64,000 nucleotides of DNA from Pocillopora damicornis. Taxonomy: Eukaryota. The notes under the pieces were generated by a model, which worked only from the letters and a program-made list of their open reading frames with translations, was not told where the DNA came from and did not search any database. Shown one piece after another: positions 35,711 to 62,469 of the stretch (positions are counted from its first letter, which is position 1; each line of letters opens with the position of its first letter). The position numbers and the translations under genes are program-made. The stretch lies in assembly GCF_003704095.1 (NCBI RefSeq), contig NW_020843829.1, positions 186,001 to 250,000 of the forward strand, written 5' to 3'.

Positions 35711-38700
35711 AGATCATCTCGGTAATCTGACAGCACTGCGAGTCAATATTTTTTTTATCTTTACTCTCGTGATCATTTTTAAATGGGTGCTCTCAAATTT
35801 CATCCGTACTTGATATTCCGCAAGACCCTTAGAGCAAGCGCAAAGCGGATAACCTACTGACTCTAGTCTGTCTCAGTTATCAATACCCCCGGGACTTTTG
35901 GTTACCCCGAGGCCTCAATCCTGACCCTGTTTAAGAAAAAATCCGTCCATTTCGCGACCCTGTCAAGACAGTAACCCAAAGCATATACACCACAGGAAGT
36001 CAAGTCTAACTTAATTTTTTAAATTAGATTTTGAAAAAATAGTTAGAATCGTGCACGAAGAACGCGCATTACCAAAATCACGCAGCGATCAAGGTTACCG
36101 CTCTAGAAAACTGCCTGGTGAGGCATTGAAAAGTAATACTGCATACCCTCCTAGGACTCAAGACCCCTTAACCTTACCTTTTTCGGCGTTACACACTCGT
36201 TTAGGCTAAATCTAGGAGAGCACCCTCTTCCCCACCCCTCCCTTACCCGGATCAAAACTGATATATTCCTTTGCTTTGCCAAGACTGTGAGAATGTCACG
36301 GGATTTTGACCCAGTGCCCTTGTAAGTTGACAACAAGGCTCGTTTTAGATAAAAAGAATTCCATACTTCTGCTATCGTTACACCACATCCGGTTCACCAG
36401 TTGTGCAGGTTTCCTGTCGTACTCATCCAAAAAGTCTTTTTTCGGCTAATCGCTCCGTCACACGCTGATACGAAGCTAAGATACACGCATGCCTTTTCTA
36501 AGTTATATTTCAATATTTTGTTCACAAACATTAAGGTAAGAATAGCCATTGTTCGGTTTAGCGGCGCACATCAAGGTGAGCGAGTTTTGAAACAGCACTT
36601 GTTTAGGCTTGACCCGACAAACTAGACATTTGATCGTCATATTGCAGTCGCCAACAAGCACATCCTTGTTATATAACAATAAAGCTGTGTTGGACAGTCA
36701 TCGATTTTCGTCCAACTACGAAGTCAGTTAAACTTTCAACAAGCTAGTACTTTCTTACTTCAAGTTCGTATGAGGAACAAGAACGTGATTTGCCCATTAT
36801 ACGTCAAACTACGTCACCATTGGCTCGATTTTTGCTCCTGCTGCACATTGTATTTCGCTTCTTTGCTCAATATCTTGTTTATTTTTGGTTGTGATGACGT
36901 TATCATCATAACATGATATTAGCCTGCGTGTCGGCTTTCTTCGTTCTCGACAGGTAAAGCAAAAGAACATGATGAGTTAAGGAGGATTGAAAGATGACTC
37001 CAGAGTAGATTTGAGTGTGGTATAAGCTCAAGTTCTTCGCGCACGTAGATGGAAGCTCGCGCGGTTTAAGTGCAATAAGCCGCGTTCGAAATCACAGCTG
37101 AAACCAGTACGTGGGACGACCGTTTATGTAGGATCATTAAACTCCGTTGCATTGTCATGTGATGCGTTTGAGAAAGCTTTGTAACTAGAGTTTTCGGTGG
37201 GCAAGGCTCTCCACGATTTGGACTTTTCCCATTTTTAAACTCACACCGCGCAATGTCGGCATTCTTTTACATAATTGCTACAAGTATCTTCGGAGTGGCT
37301 GTCCGACCTTGCGGTCATTTTGCCATTTAGATGGAGGGAGGAGGGGGTATTCTATTTTCTAAGCGTTTTGGTTTTATCAATTATTTCAATATGCCTGTTG
37401 GTATTTTTGTTTTAGAGAAATTGACTTCTAAGTATGATGGGAAAACAAATCATATTCAGTTAAGTTTTGGTTCGAGTTAAGGTCTAGACAAGACGAACCC
37501 ACCCCCTCTCCCGCACGCGCATGGCACGCGAGGTCACAAGTGGGCATCGAACGCGGCCAAGTATAGTTCGTGGGCGTTTCAACTTTCACGAGCCGGCTTA
37601 ATCGCGTTTAATTTACAAGGCATTTAAATTCGTCTGAAAGACCGCTTGTTGTATTGACCTATATGGCTGCATTCCTTCAAGAATTTATTTTATTTTCACC
37701 GCTTTTTATGAGAACTTAAATGATCGGGATCCATAAGAAGCTATTAAAACTTACTTGGAGCGAAAATAGAACTTTCTCTTTAGACAACAAAGTCCCGGTG
37801 AAACACTGTAAACGGCCCGCGTGTTATTTTTCATGTAGGCTTGTGTTTTCAAAACAATCCCGATATTCTGCGGATAACATTACTATGAAATTACCTGTCT
37901 TTATTTAATCCGGCCAGATGTAGGATCGAGCTAACTGGGGACTTATTTCGATCTAAAGAAAAACTGCGGTTTCGTAGGACCATTTGATGTCTTTTTCTTA
38001 AAGCTTAATGGCTAATGAAAGACCTCCTCGAAGTGTAGCACGTATTTTTGTACTCAATGAAGAACAACAACGGCTAATACAGTTAATAAAGTGACCTAGC
38101 TTCAGCTTGGTATGATGAAAATTTGGAGAATCTCTAAGTATGTTCATATAATGACCGAGGTTGTTTTTTCAACATAAGTTTAGAAAATATTGTACATGTT
38201 TGCCGATGAGTTCACACTCGGTTTTACAAGTCAATTATCAAGTTTTATTTCTATGTGAACTTTATGTCTTAAAGTTATCTTTTATGAACGGTTTTGTTCC
38301 CAAACCACATTTATAACGAACTGATTCATCATTACAATAGCTTTTGAGTAACAAATTTTCCCCCCAGGAGCAAATTTCGTCTTCAGACCATGTTAAACGG
38401 CTGTGTGATATCGCGCAGAGGTTTTTAATGTAATGAAAATTTGTCCTCGGACTGCGAAAGATAAGTCAAATGCGGGGCACACTAAATCATTTTCATTGCT
38501 TAGTGCAGCTGATCTGATTCAAACCTCGTTCGTGGACTTTCAAAGCGTTTGACAGATCTTTATTTTTTCAAATTACACTCTTAAACAAATGCTGTTTGCT
38601 TGGTGGCTTCAGCGCTGTTTATGGCGTTGTCCGGAAAGGCCGAATTCTCGTCGAGATATCTCAGGCTAATATTTCATGCTTTTTAAGAAGATTATAAGAT

Positions 38701-41700
38701 AGGGAAATCACTATGATACGAAGTTTGTTCGATTTCAAGCTCACAATTATAATTATAAATTATTTGAGTTTGACATGAAGGTATTGCCTCAGGCATGATG
38801 TCTCTGTTTTCTCAAACTTCTATGTCGGAAAAATTAGCGAAGTCTGTAAAATCCGAAAAATCGCAGTCATGGTACAAAATAAAGGTGTTCGAATTCGTGT
38901 GCATATTTGCAAGCATCCTTTGAAAAAGCTACATTGAAAAGCAGCATAACCTTAACCCAGTCTTTGCTACCAAAAGCCATTTCCGATCAGAAACCTGAAA
39001 GACATTTATGGAGACATCATGTGAACATCATAATATCCAAATTAATAAAACAGTCTTCAAGGAAAAATTATTGCCTTAAAAACTGTTCCTCTTAAGTACT
39101 GTGTAGGCCGCGTATAAATTAAAACTTGGACAAGTTTAAAGTTTTAAGTATCTTAGTATGCTCACGGAAGTTTCATATTTAGATGTCTTCTTGCCGTATT
39201 AGAAATTTTTCTAGAATTTAATTTTTTAGGAACAGCTCCACGATTAGCTTTACAGATTTATAAAATCGGTAATAATAAGTAACGTATGTTATAAATTTTC
39301 TTCTATCTAAATGTACGTTTAACTTAAAAGAGCTCAGTGTTTTTCATCCCACATTTAAGCAGTAAACGAAACGAGAGAAGCGTTTCTGGAACTCAGAGTC
39401 AATTTATATTTGGTTAAAATCTAATTTGAAGATCGAAACTTAATTTCAAATAGCTTAAATTTAGTTCTGTGGAGGAAAAGCATATTCCTTGTTTGTCTCG
39501 GCGTGATTTATTCAAGGTTTTTCCTTTTTTTTTGACGGAAGAGGACATATGCACTTCCTATCTGACAAAATTTTTAAAAGCTAATATTGTCTCGATGGTG
39601 TTTAACCCAATTTACTTTACGAAAACCAACTGGAAAGTTTGTTGTGAAATAATTTATATATTACAACGTCTCTAAGGTACAGGAAATTTAGGTTTGTTCG
39701 AAATCTTCAGCAGAGCTTTCACCGAAAAAGCAAGAAAATTTTCGTTTATAACTTCTCATCAAAAGTCATGTTATGAATATCAACATGGTTGAAAACGGAA
39801 CAAGGAAGATTTTGTTCATCATCATGTGGTGTTTCAATTTCTCCTTTGATATGGACTATGACAACGAGACGACACAAGCGTGATTGTTATTGATTTAGTT
39901 AAAGCAATTTTTCATGTTGTTTTCTCTCTCGTGCGATACTGAGAGTTTGTCAAATGCTCTTCCAGATTTTTCGTTTAAGCAGCTGCGAAAGGGTTTACAG
40001 ATTGGGAAATAGGATTATTTACATTTGTGAGAACTGACCTTTACGGGCCAATTTAGAAGGAATTTATGTAAAATATCACAATATTGAGCTGTGATACTGT
40101 TCTTATTTCGGAACGTGACAAGAACCATTTATTTTGAATTTACACGATCATAACAATTCATGATATAGAAACATGAATACTGCAATAACCAGTCTGAAAA
40201 TGTCTTACTTTTCATGGCCTCGGCACGCTTCCAATCAGCTTCAGTTCGTTTTAAAGCCTTTCAGTTTTGCAACATTTAACGCCCATATGCCAAAAAGCAG
40301 CGATTTACCTTGCAAGTTGGGAACCTTTTGTGAAAATGCTCGCATTAGTTGTTAAGCTGACAAATTTAAATGTTATTTGCATATGTCAACTTTATTGTTT
40401 TTAATTAGACAAGACAATGAGCTCTTTTCTGGTCGTATATTGATTTGAATTTGGTATTTTCACGTTTTCTCGTTGTTAAATTTTAGCTTTTCAGTTCTGC
40501 TTTGTCGCAAAAGAGAGAAATTTTATAGGATTTTCCTGTGTTTCTTACTAGGAAGTTCATGGGATATGGGCTTGAGCCTAAATTACTTTCAAGAAAAATT
40601 TGACAAATGCAATGACAGCATGGTCAGTTGACAGTCCGAGTGAAAGCAGTGAACGTTTACATTTACACACGAATTTTCAAAACTAGTCAGTTGGTCGCTT
40701 GCTCAACTGTGAACCAAAGTCATTGTGCAAAATTAATGTAAAGAGCAAAAAACACTACTTCAAAATATGAATCTCTCTCAAAGATCAATGTTGGCTGTCA
40801 AAATTGAGTCGAGTGGCAAAACCATACGTCTGGCTTCATAGGTTGAACACTAAGTTATAAGATGCGATGAAAAAAAGGTTTTCAGGTGCGTCAAGTGGAT
40901 GGAACTATAACATAAATTTCTTCAGTAACTGAGAAATAAAATCGAATCCCACTCTACTTGTCGAAAATGATTTTTGACCCCTAAGCCGATTTTTTTTCTT
41001 CGTGCCTTTTCGATCGTAAGTGAAAAGTAGCCAATTGTTCTGTATTTTTATCTAAAACCATAACCGTATTATGATATATATCTCAGTATTGGCTTTGAAC
41101 TAGTTTTAAGTTGAACGAGAGCTCCCAGAGTGAGAGAAAGTGGGATTTTTGAAAAGTGTTGCTGTCTCCAAGAAACCAAATTTTGCACATCACAACATAA
41201 TTGTTCCAGTCGTCTTGAACGGAACAAAAGAATTGTTATGCTTTATTAATATAAGCTTCTAATAGTTTTACAGACACATTTTTGGCGAGTAAAATTCTTT
41301 TCCGATATTTTTCCGAGCACAGTTGTTTCACTTAATTTTCGCTTGACAGCATTTCAGTCAGATTTTACGTAAAGGATATCAGAAGCTATCGGGTACTCCT
41401 TATATCATGTTTCTTGGCTCATCATCGTCACTCTGCGTCAATCATATGCTAACCAACTAACTACTAGAGCCTTCTTTGATCTGTTTCACCACTAAGGGTT
41501 TTCTTTGGCTATCACCTCTTAACCCTTATCTCAAAGGAAATGTGGAAATTTTGTAGTCATCACTGAAACCGCTCTTAGGGCCGCTTATGAAGGATAGCAA
41601 TATTCTCATCTTTCTTTATGAAAACTTGATAGTTGAAGTGGAATTGTTTATGAAAGATCACTTGTAAATTCTTTTGTTTCTTTGTCTCCAAACAGACCTG

Positions 41701-43175
41701 CTCTCTCACACAGCTCTACCTGTAGACGATAAAATTCGATTTTCAGTGAAATAAATCGCAATATCTATCTACACAAATACTTAAAGTATACAGCACGCTG
41801 TCTGAGGACTTTTCGCCAGTTGACAAGAAACCCTCTCGAGAATCAAGTTCACCAAAACTCTATCGTGAATGAAATTGCGTAAATCGATCTAAACACACCA
41901 GCCGTTTTACACTTTTTTCAGCTGCTTTGACAGGTTGTTTTTATAGGGCTTTAGAATGCCCGGAACAAATGTGTAAGGAGTGAAATAGAACCTTTAATCA
42001 AACAAAAATAATAAAAATGAAATATGCCCACAAGAACCCAGAAAATCTCTCTCAAGACTGAAGTTTAATCTCTGTTTTGAAGGAAAGATCAGCAAATAGC
42101 GTTACCTTAGTCAGGTTGACGTTCACTAAAAAATTCTGGTGGTCTGTCAAAAATCCTACTGAGATTCTCACCCGGATGTGGCGAGAGTTTCCGTTTTAAT
42201 AAATCCCTTAAAAAATATTTACACGTTGGTCATGTAATAATAAGTCTTCAGAGGTAATTTTTCTCCTTTTATAGGACTCTCTTTTTCTTTACCGGAAAAG
42301 AAGTCATGTGCTCCTGGTTTCTAATCTTCAGTGAAGACTATCCAATAAATAGATCTGCAAATTTGATCTTGTTGTCAGATTAAATGTCTTTTCAAAATTT
42401 ACATGAATATAGCTTTATTCAGTTCTCTGTTTTCCAGAGAGTTTCTGGGTGATTACTGAAAGATGTGATTGCGATATTCCGGTGTGATAAGGAGAGGGCC
42501 TCAGATACTGATCGCTAATATAAGCCGTGAGGCTTTACATATCGCAGACAGGGTATATACGGGAACCAGTGGAACATTACACTTGAGGATTAAATGACGA
42601 AATTACCACTAAACAAAACACGCTCAAGAGACTACAACACAACAAGGGCTTAGGTGAAGAATTCGAGTTTTAATTTCAGAGTATGCGTCAAAGCCGGCTT
42701 GACTGAGCCGCAACAGAAAATTGGAAACAAATGACAAATTAATTTCAGAAGCGGGTTGTTCTCTTTCAAGTCTCCGGCGGGGAGTTCGCCGATTTGACAC
42801 ACTCCGTCTGTCATAACGTCAGTTCAGAATTCTATTTACACAGCGTTTGGCAAAACAATGAACGCATCTACATAATCTCTGACTTGTTAAATTTCGCGAT
42901 ACTTGTGTTCTAATCTGCAGACAACCGACGCGCGCAAAACACGGATCGACTCCTAATGATCGCGCGCGCGAGGCGTTCGAATGGCTCGAATGGCAAAACC
43001 GAGAGCGGACCAAACGCGTCTTGCAAGTGAAACTATTATTCGATCGCAGGTAACGCAACAAGTCAGGTCGCTCCCAGCCAACGATCTATTATTCATTACA
43101 ATGTACAAAGGATTCCCAGGTACAATGCCACAACACAAAGTCTACATGCGATATAAATTTCAAATTGCCTCAAAG

Positions 43176-44293
43176 TTAGCATGACAAAGAAGCTACCTTT
43201 TGAAAGCAATTTTTACCCTGTTTACGAAATTCGTCCATGTTTAACGCGACCTCCACTAATAAATTGATACTACTGAAAGCATCCAGAGTTTGTGCAGTGT
43301 GATGTTCATTTGCCGGCATTTCACTGTCGCAGTCCTCCGGTTGTCCTTGCGATGAAGGACTACTACACCCCACGTATTCGAACTGTCCTCGATACTCGCA
43401 GATATAAGACTCCTGATCGTGCCTAGTAAAGTCTTTTTCGAAGAGTGGCTCGGGACTAGGCGATAAATTTCGTTGATACAAGCTGTTAGGCGACGAATTT
43501 TTGACATTCGCTCTTCGCGTGATGGTATAATTGCTAGGGTCGCGTCCTTCACGTCGAATCATCTCCGGCAGTATTCGCCTACGCGCGTTGATGAACCAGT
43601 TGCAAACTTGAAGCACTGACAAGTTGGCAGCTTTTGATAGGTACTGTTTCTCTGCCTCCGAAGGGTATGCATTAAATCTGTGCTCCCATAGCCACATCCG
43701 CAAAACATTGACGGAATCTTTCGGAAGGTTCCCTCTTCTTCTCTTGGGCGGTGGGCTAGCTGTGACACGTGATGCGCGAAGCACCCTTTCACTTTCTTCT
43801 CTCATATTTTCCACGTTCTCATCCACTGCGGGAGAGGATAATGAATTGTTAGAAACATTGTAAAGAAAAGCACGAGTTTCTAACCGGTCAGGGTTTGAGA
43901 GTCAAGCGACTGACATGGGATAAACGCGACTGTGCGAGTGTTGTAGCAAGACATGTATTGATCTTATGAACTACTTCAACTGTCATCGGCAGCGAACGGA
44001 CATTGAAATCACGAGACATGTCTAGTCTAGTAATAGTTATTCCCTCCGTGCAAAAAATACTATAATCGTGTTTTAAACATTTGGTAAGCTTTAGATACGA
44101 AGAGAAAATGATATTCCAATCAACACTTTCCCCCGACAAACATGAAGTCAACACTGTCAAAAGCACAACTCATTCATTCAGAGAGGCGTTGCGCACTTGG
44201 ATGGTTTACTTGCAAAATGACATTCATTTAAACCGGCTTCCGTAACTTACGGTAACGCTTGTTTCTCGTCGCCTTGCCCGTATGGGGAGCCAT
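43176..44293 (-). CDS. TGIF: TGIF-class TALE homeodomain transcriptional repressor (~230 aa)
   Basis: Exon 1 44293-44251 ([15 protein letters not shown]|GTAAGT) plus exon 2 43825-43176 (CCCGCAG|TG). [20 protein letters not shown] loop, [21 protein letters not shown], and C-terminal Sin3-binding-like [12 protein letters not shown]. The last few codons could be replaced by splicing. Confidence 0.93.
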
Positions 44294-46564
44294 GTCTTTT
44301 CGGTGAAACAAGTCCCAATGTTGTCCAAGGTTTACACGGAATAGGTTCAAGGCGTAGAATTTGAAGCAAGCAGTGTTTGCGAAACCTGCAACAGCGAAGA
44401 GACTTTGACACTAATGACAGATGAAAGCGTGTGTGCAGCAGTGCGTTGCCTTGTGTTTGTGTAATTTACAATATAATAACGGCACGCGATTGGTTCAGAG
44501 TGACAATCTATTTAAATTGCGCTCAAATTTCATTGGTTCCTGTGGACAACTGGGAAAATTTTCCACGTGGAACCAAGATAGACGGTGATTTTATTTACTT
44601 CAGGTTTCAGAACCTAACACCAATTTTGACTGCCCTTTCGCAAGTCTATTATCAAAGGTTTGTTTCATTTCACCAAAACAAACATAAGAGATCTCTAAGC
44701 TTGAACGAAAATGAAATTTTCGTTGTAAATGAAGCATCTCGGTCACAATCGGTTTACCATGATTGGCCAGAGAACCCTTACTTTAGAGGGTTCGCTTTCC
44801 AATCTTCTATATTGGAATAGATAGATATTCAGTTTTTGAAAATTAAGAAACGGCTGTGGGCTATTATATTCTAACTAAAACCAAATTAGAAACCGCAGGG
44901 ATAAGTTGTTAGAAAGTTCAGTGAAGGGTAAAGGACAAAACAAGGTCTGTAAAAGTTTGTTTTGACTTCAAGCTAGTTTACTGATTTGAATTTCGGGTTT
45001 TTTTCCTTTCGAGGACACTTTTTATCGCGGTTGTTTTTTGCCTGAAATAGCATAAGTATCTAATTCCTTCTAAGGTTACCGGAGTTACTCTCGTCACATC
45101 GACGCATGTATTGTTCCAATTTGAAAGCCGCATTCTCTGAGTTCTAATATTGTTTGGGAACAATGCAGCTCAGTCATCCCTGTATCAAGATTGGAATAAA
45201 GAATCTACGAGCTGTCAAACGCTGAATAAACACGAGCTTGTCAAATTAAGCGATGGGAAAAGAATTATAGGAATAACATCGTTTTAGTTTCCTGATCACA
45301 CATTAGATTTCCTTTTTGCCTCTATGGTTTCAAGATAAAACAGCCTATTTGGATGTGATATTCGGGCGGACGAGCCTATTCCAATAGAATATAGCACCCC
45401 GCAGGCTATGTCATTACCAGCGTCACTAAGGAACCACCTACGCACTACGTTTGAGCCTCTCTAAACTTGCTATGCATTTAACTTGGGTCACTTAAAAATA
45501 TAGTTCAAAGATCTCAAATCTCGGCCATAAAAACAATCTATGGGCTTATTTTTTCCTGCGTGAATACAATATAGGGTACTTTGAGTTTAAGTTGGCTTAG
45601 ATCCTTCTTTCTCTTTCCAATTCCAAGCGACCGAAAGTTCCATGAACAATGGCAATTAAAATTTCACTTGTTACTAGCTAATAAAGCGACCTATTATCCA
45701 AAAACCGAGATCTTTAGCCTCTTCACTATGAAATTCAATGTCTGGTATTTTTATGCGACTTTTGTTAAAGGTCTGAAAGGTCTTAAAAAGCGAATCGTTT
45801 TCCGCGAGAAATTGCTGCTTTAGAAGTGTTAATTGTTCTTCTGAAATCCGTTGGAATACATTTCACCTGTCAGTCGACTAAGTGAGTCGGTAAAAAAAAT
45901 AATAATCCGGAGAAAAATATTCCAGAATAAAATAGATAAATTTAGCCTATTACCAAACGCTGAAAATAGGAAATTTCACTAGCATCTGTAGGGAAAGACT
46001 TGAATTTCGAATCAACTGCTCTGTTTTCGTCTTACAAGTTGGTTTCAGTCGATACGGTAGGTACCAGAAGGAACAAAATCAAAACACTAGGTTGCAATTT
46101 ACATCTCATTGAACGCCCTGACTTGTAAATGGTCGCAAATGTTTGTTTTAAAAAGGTAGTCATATCACGGAAAGAAATTAAGGAAACGAAATTGAAATTT
46201 TAATTTTCCATCCTAATTTCGGCGTGTGAACTCAAATTCTCGGTGTCTAGGAGAAAGCTGAAGTTGAGTATTGTTCTTGAGATCGAAATTTACTCAGTTG
46301 TGTTTGCGAAAGACTGAGACAATCCAAACTACTTTATGAAAAAAGCAATTGCCCTGATAATGTTAAGAGCATTTTTGTAGGCGGATAAAAGCGGAACTTG
46401 GATAGTAATTTTTGAGCCTTACAATTCCACGATCCTAAGTTTTTTTTCTTCGCCACAAAAAAAAATTGAAAATTTGACAGGAGAAACTGAGCCTGCAGTA
46501 AATGTTATGGTACAGCGGTCAAATTTAAAATGATATGCGTCGAAGTCATTACGCAGTAACAAAC

Positions 46565-59975
<13,411 letters not shown>

Positions 59976-61290
59976 CAAGAATCTTACGGTGTTGTCGTAA
60001 AGTACGTTCATTTTTATAAAATGTTTCGTAGAGAGAAGCTTGTTTGTTAAAACATTTAATGGACCATTTTTATTAACAAATATGTAAAATATCACTATTG
60101 TATCATTTATTATTGAAAATTACACATGATATTAAAAAGAACGCCAAACTGGTTAACTTTAGTAATAATAACATCATAATTTTAACAAGCTCTTCTAGAG
60201 CGTCGAAATGCACTCGTGTTTCATATCTTTGGGATTGACGCTGACATTCGCAAGAGTATTTGTGAGGATATCTTATTTATTACCTTTTTTGATTGTAAAA
60301 TGAACGATTATGTTAATGAACTGAAGGCGAAAAAGGATTATTGTAATTCAAGCATTGAAGTAAAGTTGGCAACGTCTTGAATTTGATTTGTATTCCTAGT
60401 TTCTTGACAATAAACAAAATATAAAATAAAAGTCTTTCCCATGTTCTTTATCAGTCGCACACCCTTCGTACTTGTAATTTTCCTTTTTGCCATCTTTTTT
60501 AAGCGATGCATTTCAACGCGAAGGAGTAAGGGAAACTTTTCTCCCTACTTCTCTTGCGCTTTGTCCCTATTACAAGTCGCTCGCCGTTAGCGCTGATTTC
60601 TCAGAGTGTACGCGAAAATTTGAGACGGTGGTCAGGAACTATCAACGCTATATCAAATCGTAACTCCTACCGCTCTAAATTGCTTGTTGCTAGAGAAACA
60701 GAAAACTTACGATAGATGTCTCCGTGTGTTAGAGAGACATGACCTCAGTTTTGTCTTGGTTTAGTTTCTGAACGTCTTTTTTATAAATGAAAATATAAAT
60801 CGACCGCCGTCAGCCAATCACAAGGCTTGTATTTTCTTCGCAAACTTGACCATATGTTTTTTTTGTTTGTTTTTGGTGTAGGTGTAATGTGTTTTCGCAA
60901 CCAGCTGTTATGAAACTAATAAAAATAGTTTATATTTGTCGTTTGTTCCTTACCATCAGCATACCCCTCAGGGTTGTAGGCAATTATTTTTTTTTTTGTG
61001 ATTGATTTTTAACGAAGCATCCCTAGAAGACTAAACTTGACTTCTACCTTTTGCATCAAAGGAGAACTATCCTTCCACTGATCTTCGCAGTTAAAACAAG
61101 GAAAATGAAGCCTGGTTGCAAACATATACATGTATGATTAGCTCCCACTGTTATTTTTGTAAATAGTTCGCGCTCTAGTCGTTCTTGTCTACAGTGGCCC
61201 CGTTTTATTATCAATCTTTAATGTGCTTTGAAAGCTGCTCAGTTATCGAAGTCGTTCAAGATTGATACTGTGTTCGTTTCAGTAAAATCG

Positions 61291-62469
61291 TTAATTTTTT
61301 TCAGCTTCTAAGGATATCTCTATTCCTGGTGATTCCGTGCTCTCTCCTTTACGTACTAACTTTGCAGTCTTTTTCTTACCTGATTTCACTCTTCCTTCTG
61401 AATTTAGAGGTGATCCTGCAGTGTTTGTGTTACTCAGTGGCGAAGAAGAATTCTTCCTGTTTTTGACGGCTTTTTGCAAACCTTTAAGTCTTACGTTGAT
61501 CTCGTTTATCTGCGAGAAGTTCATTTTAGATTTACCTTGCTCCGAGGGGTTTTCTTCAATGCCTTCTGTGCCTTCTTCGGCTAATGGCGGAAGAGGTTTG
61601 ACCGGTTTCGGGACAAATTTATACCCTTTGCGATATGAGCTAGTGGTTTGTTGATTGAATATTCCATAAAGTCTTAACAAATCTTCCTGCACTGGCGTAC
61701 AAGGAGTAAAAAAGGAAGGAACTATAATTCTATCAGGCGCAGTTAAAGGCCGATCCTTCTTCATCTTTTTCCTCTCGACAATGTCTGGAAACAGACAACC
61801 TTTCATCGCTTTTGCACTCACAGTCTTGCGCAACTTTTGCGTTGATTTTTCTGTCACTTTCTTATTTTCGACGGTGTAAAAAGGAGAAATAATCCGTTTT
61901 CTTTTGCGCTGCATTTCTTTTTTCCATTGTGCTGCAGTTTTGTAGTGCTCCAGGTCGCATACTTCCAACGAAGCCTTTCCATCTTCAATCAAAATATCTG
62001 CACACTGGGCATGCCCTACTTTTAGTGCATGTATTAGCGGCGTCTCTCCTTTGCTGTTTTGTGTATCCACACTTAAAGCGTAGTATTTCAATTTCTTAAC
62101 AATCATCTTGACAATCGAAATATCTCCAACAGTAATTGCGTGAAAGAGTGCCGTGTTTCCATCGCGATCGACGGCGTTTAAATCATAGTCCACATACTGA
62201 AGAAACAGAGCGACAAGTTTTTTCCTTTTCAAAATACACGCATACGACAAGGTGGTAAGCCCTTGTTCGTCCTGAAAATTCAGGTCAGCTCCGTTTTTTA
62301 AAAGCATCTTTGCCAAGCCGAGTGCTTTCTCTTCGTCGTCTAGGAAACAAACCTCCATAATCACAGAACGCTTGTTTTGGCCTTTCCAGTTTATATCAGA
62401 GCCAGCTTCGATTAGCAATCGAGCTTGTCTCCAACGTTTGTTTCGAATGGCTTGACTCAAAGCCGTCAT
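61291..62469 (-). CDS. Ankyrin-repeat protein, ANKRD34/ANKRD63-like architecture (N-terminal ANK repeats + basic disordered tail), ~392 aa, single coding exon
   Basis: Long ORF. ANK motifs ARLLIEAGSDIN, LLKNGADLNFQDEQGLTTLSYA, DRDGNTALFHA, NSKGETPLIHA. Likely start MTALSQA at 62469; the ORF track begins at an upstream TTG. Confidence 0.85.
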   Translation of the reverse strand: MTALSQAIRNKRWRQARLLIEAGSDINWKGQNKRSVIMEVCFLDDEEKALGLAKMLLKNGADLNFQDEQGLTTLSYACILKRKKLVALFLQYVDYDLNAVDRDGNTALFHAITVGDISIVKMIVKKLKYYALSVDTQNSKGETPLIHALKVGHAQCADILIEDGKASLEVCDLEHYKTAAQWKKEMQRKRKRIISPFYTVENKKVTEKSTQKLRKTVSAKAMKGCLFPDIVERKKMKKDRPLTAPDRIIVPSFFTPCTPVQEDLLRLYGIFNQQTTSSYRKGYKFVPKPVKPLPPLAEEGTEGIEENPSEQGKSKMNFSQINEINVRLKGLQKAVKNRKNSSSPLSNTNTAGSPLNSEGRVKSGKKKTAKLVRKGESTESPGIEISLEAEKN

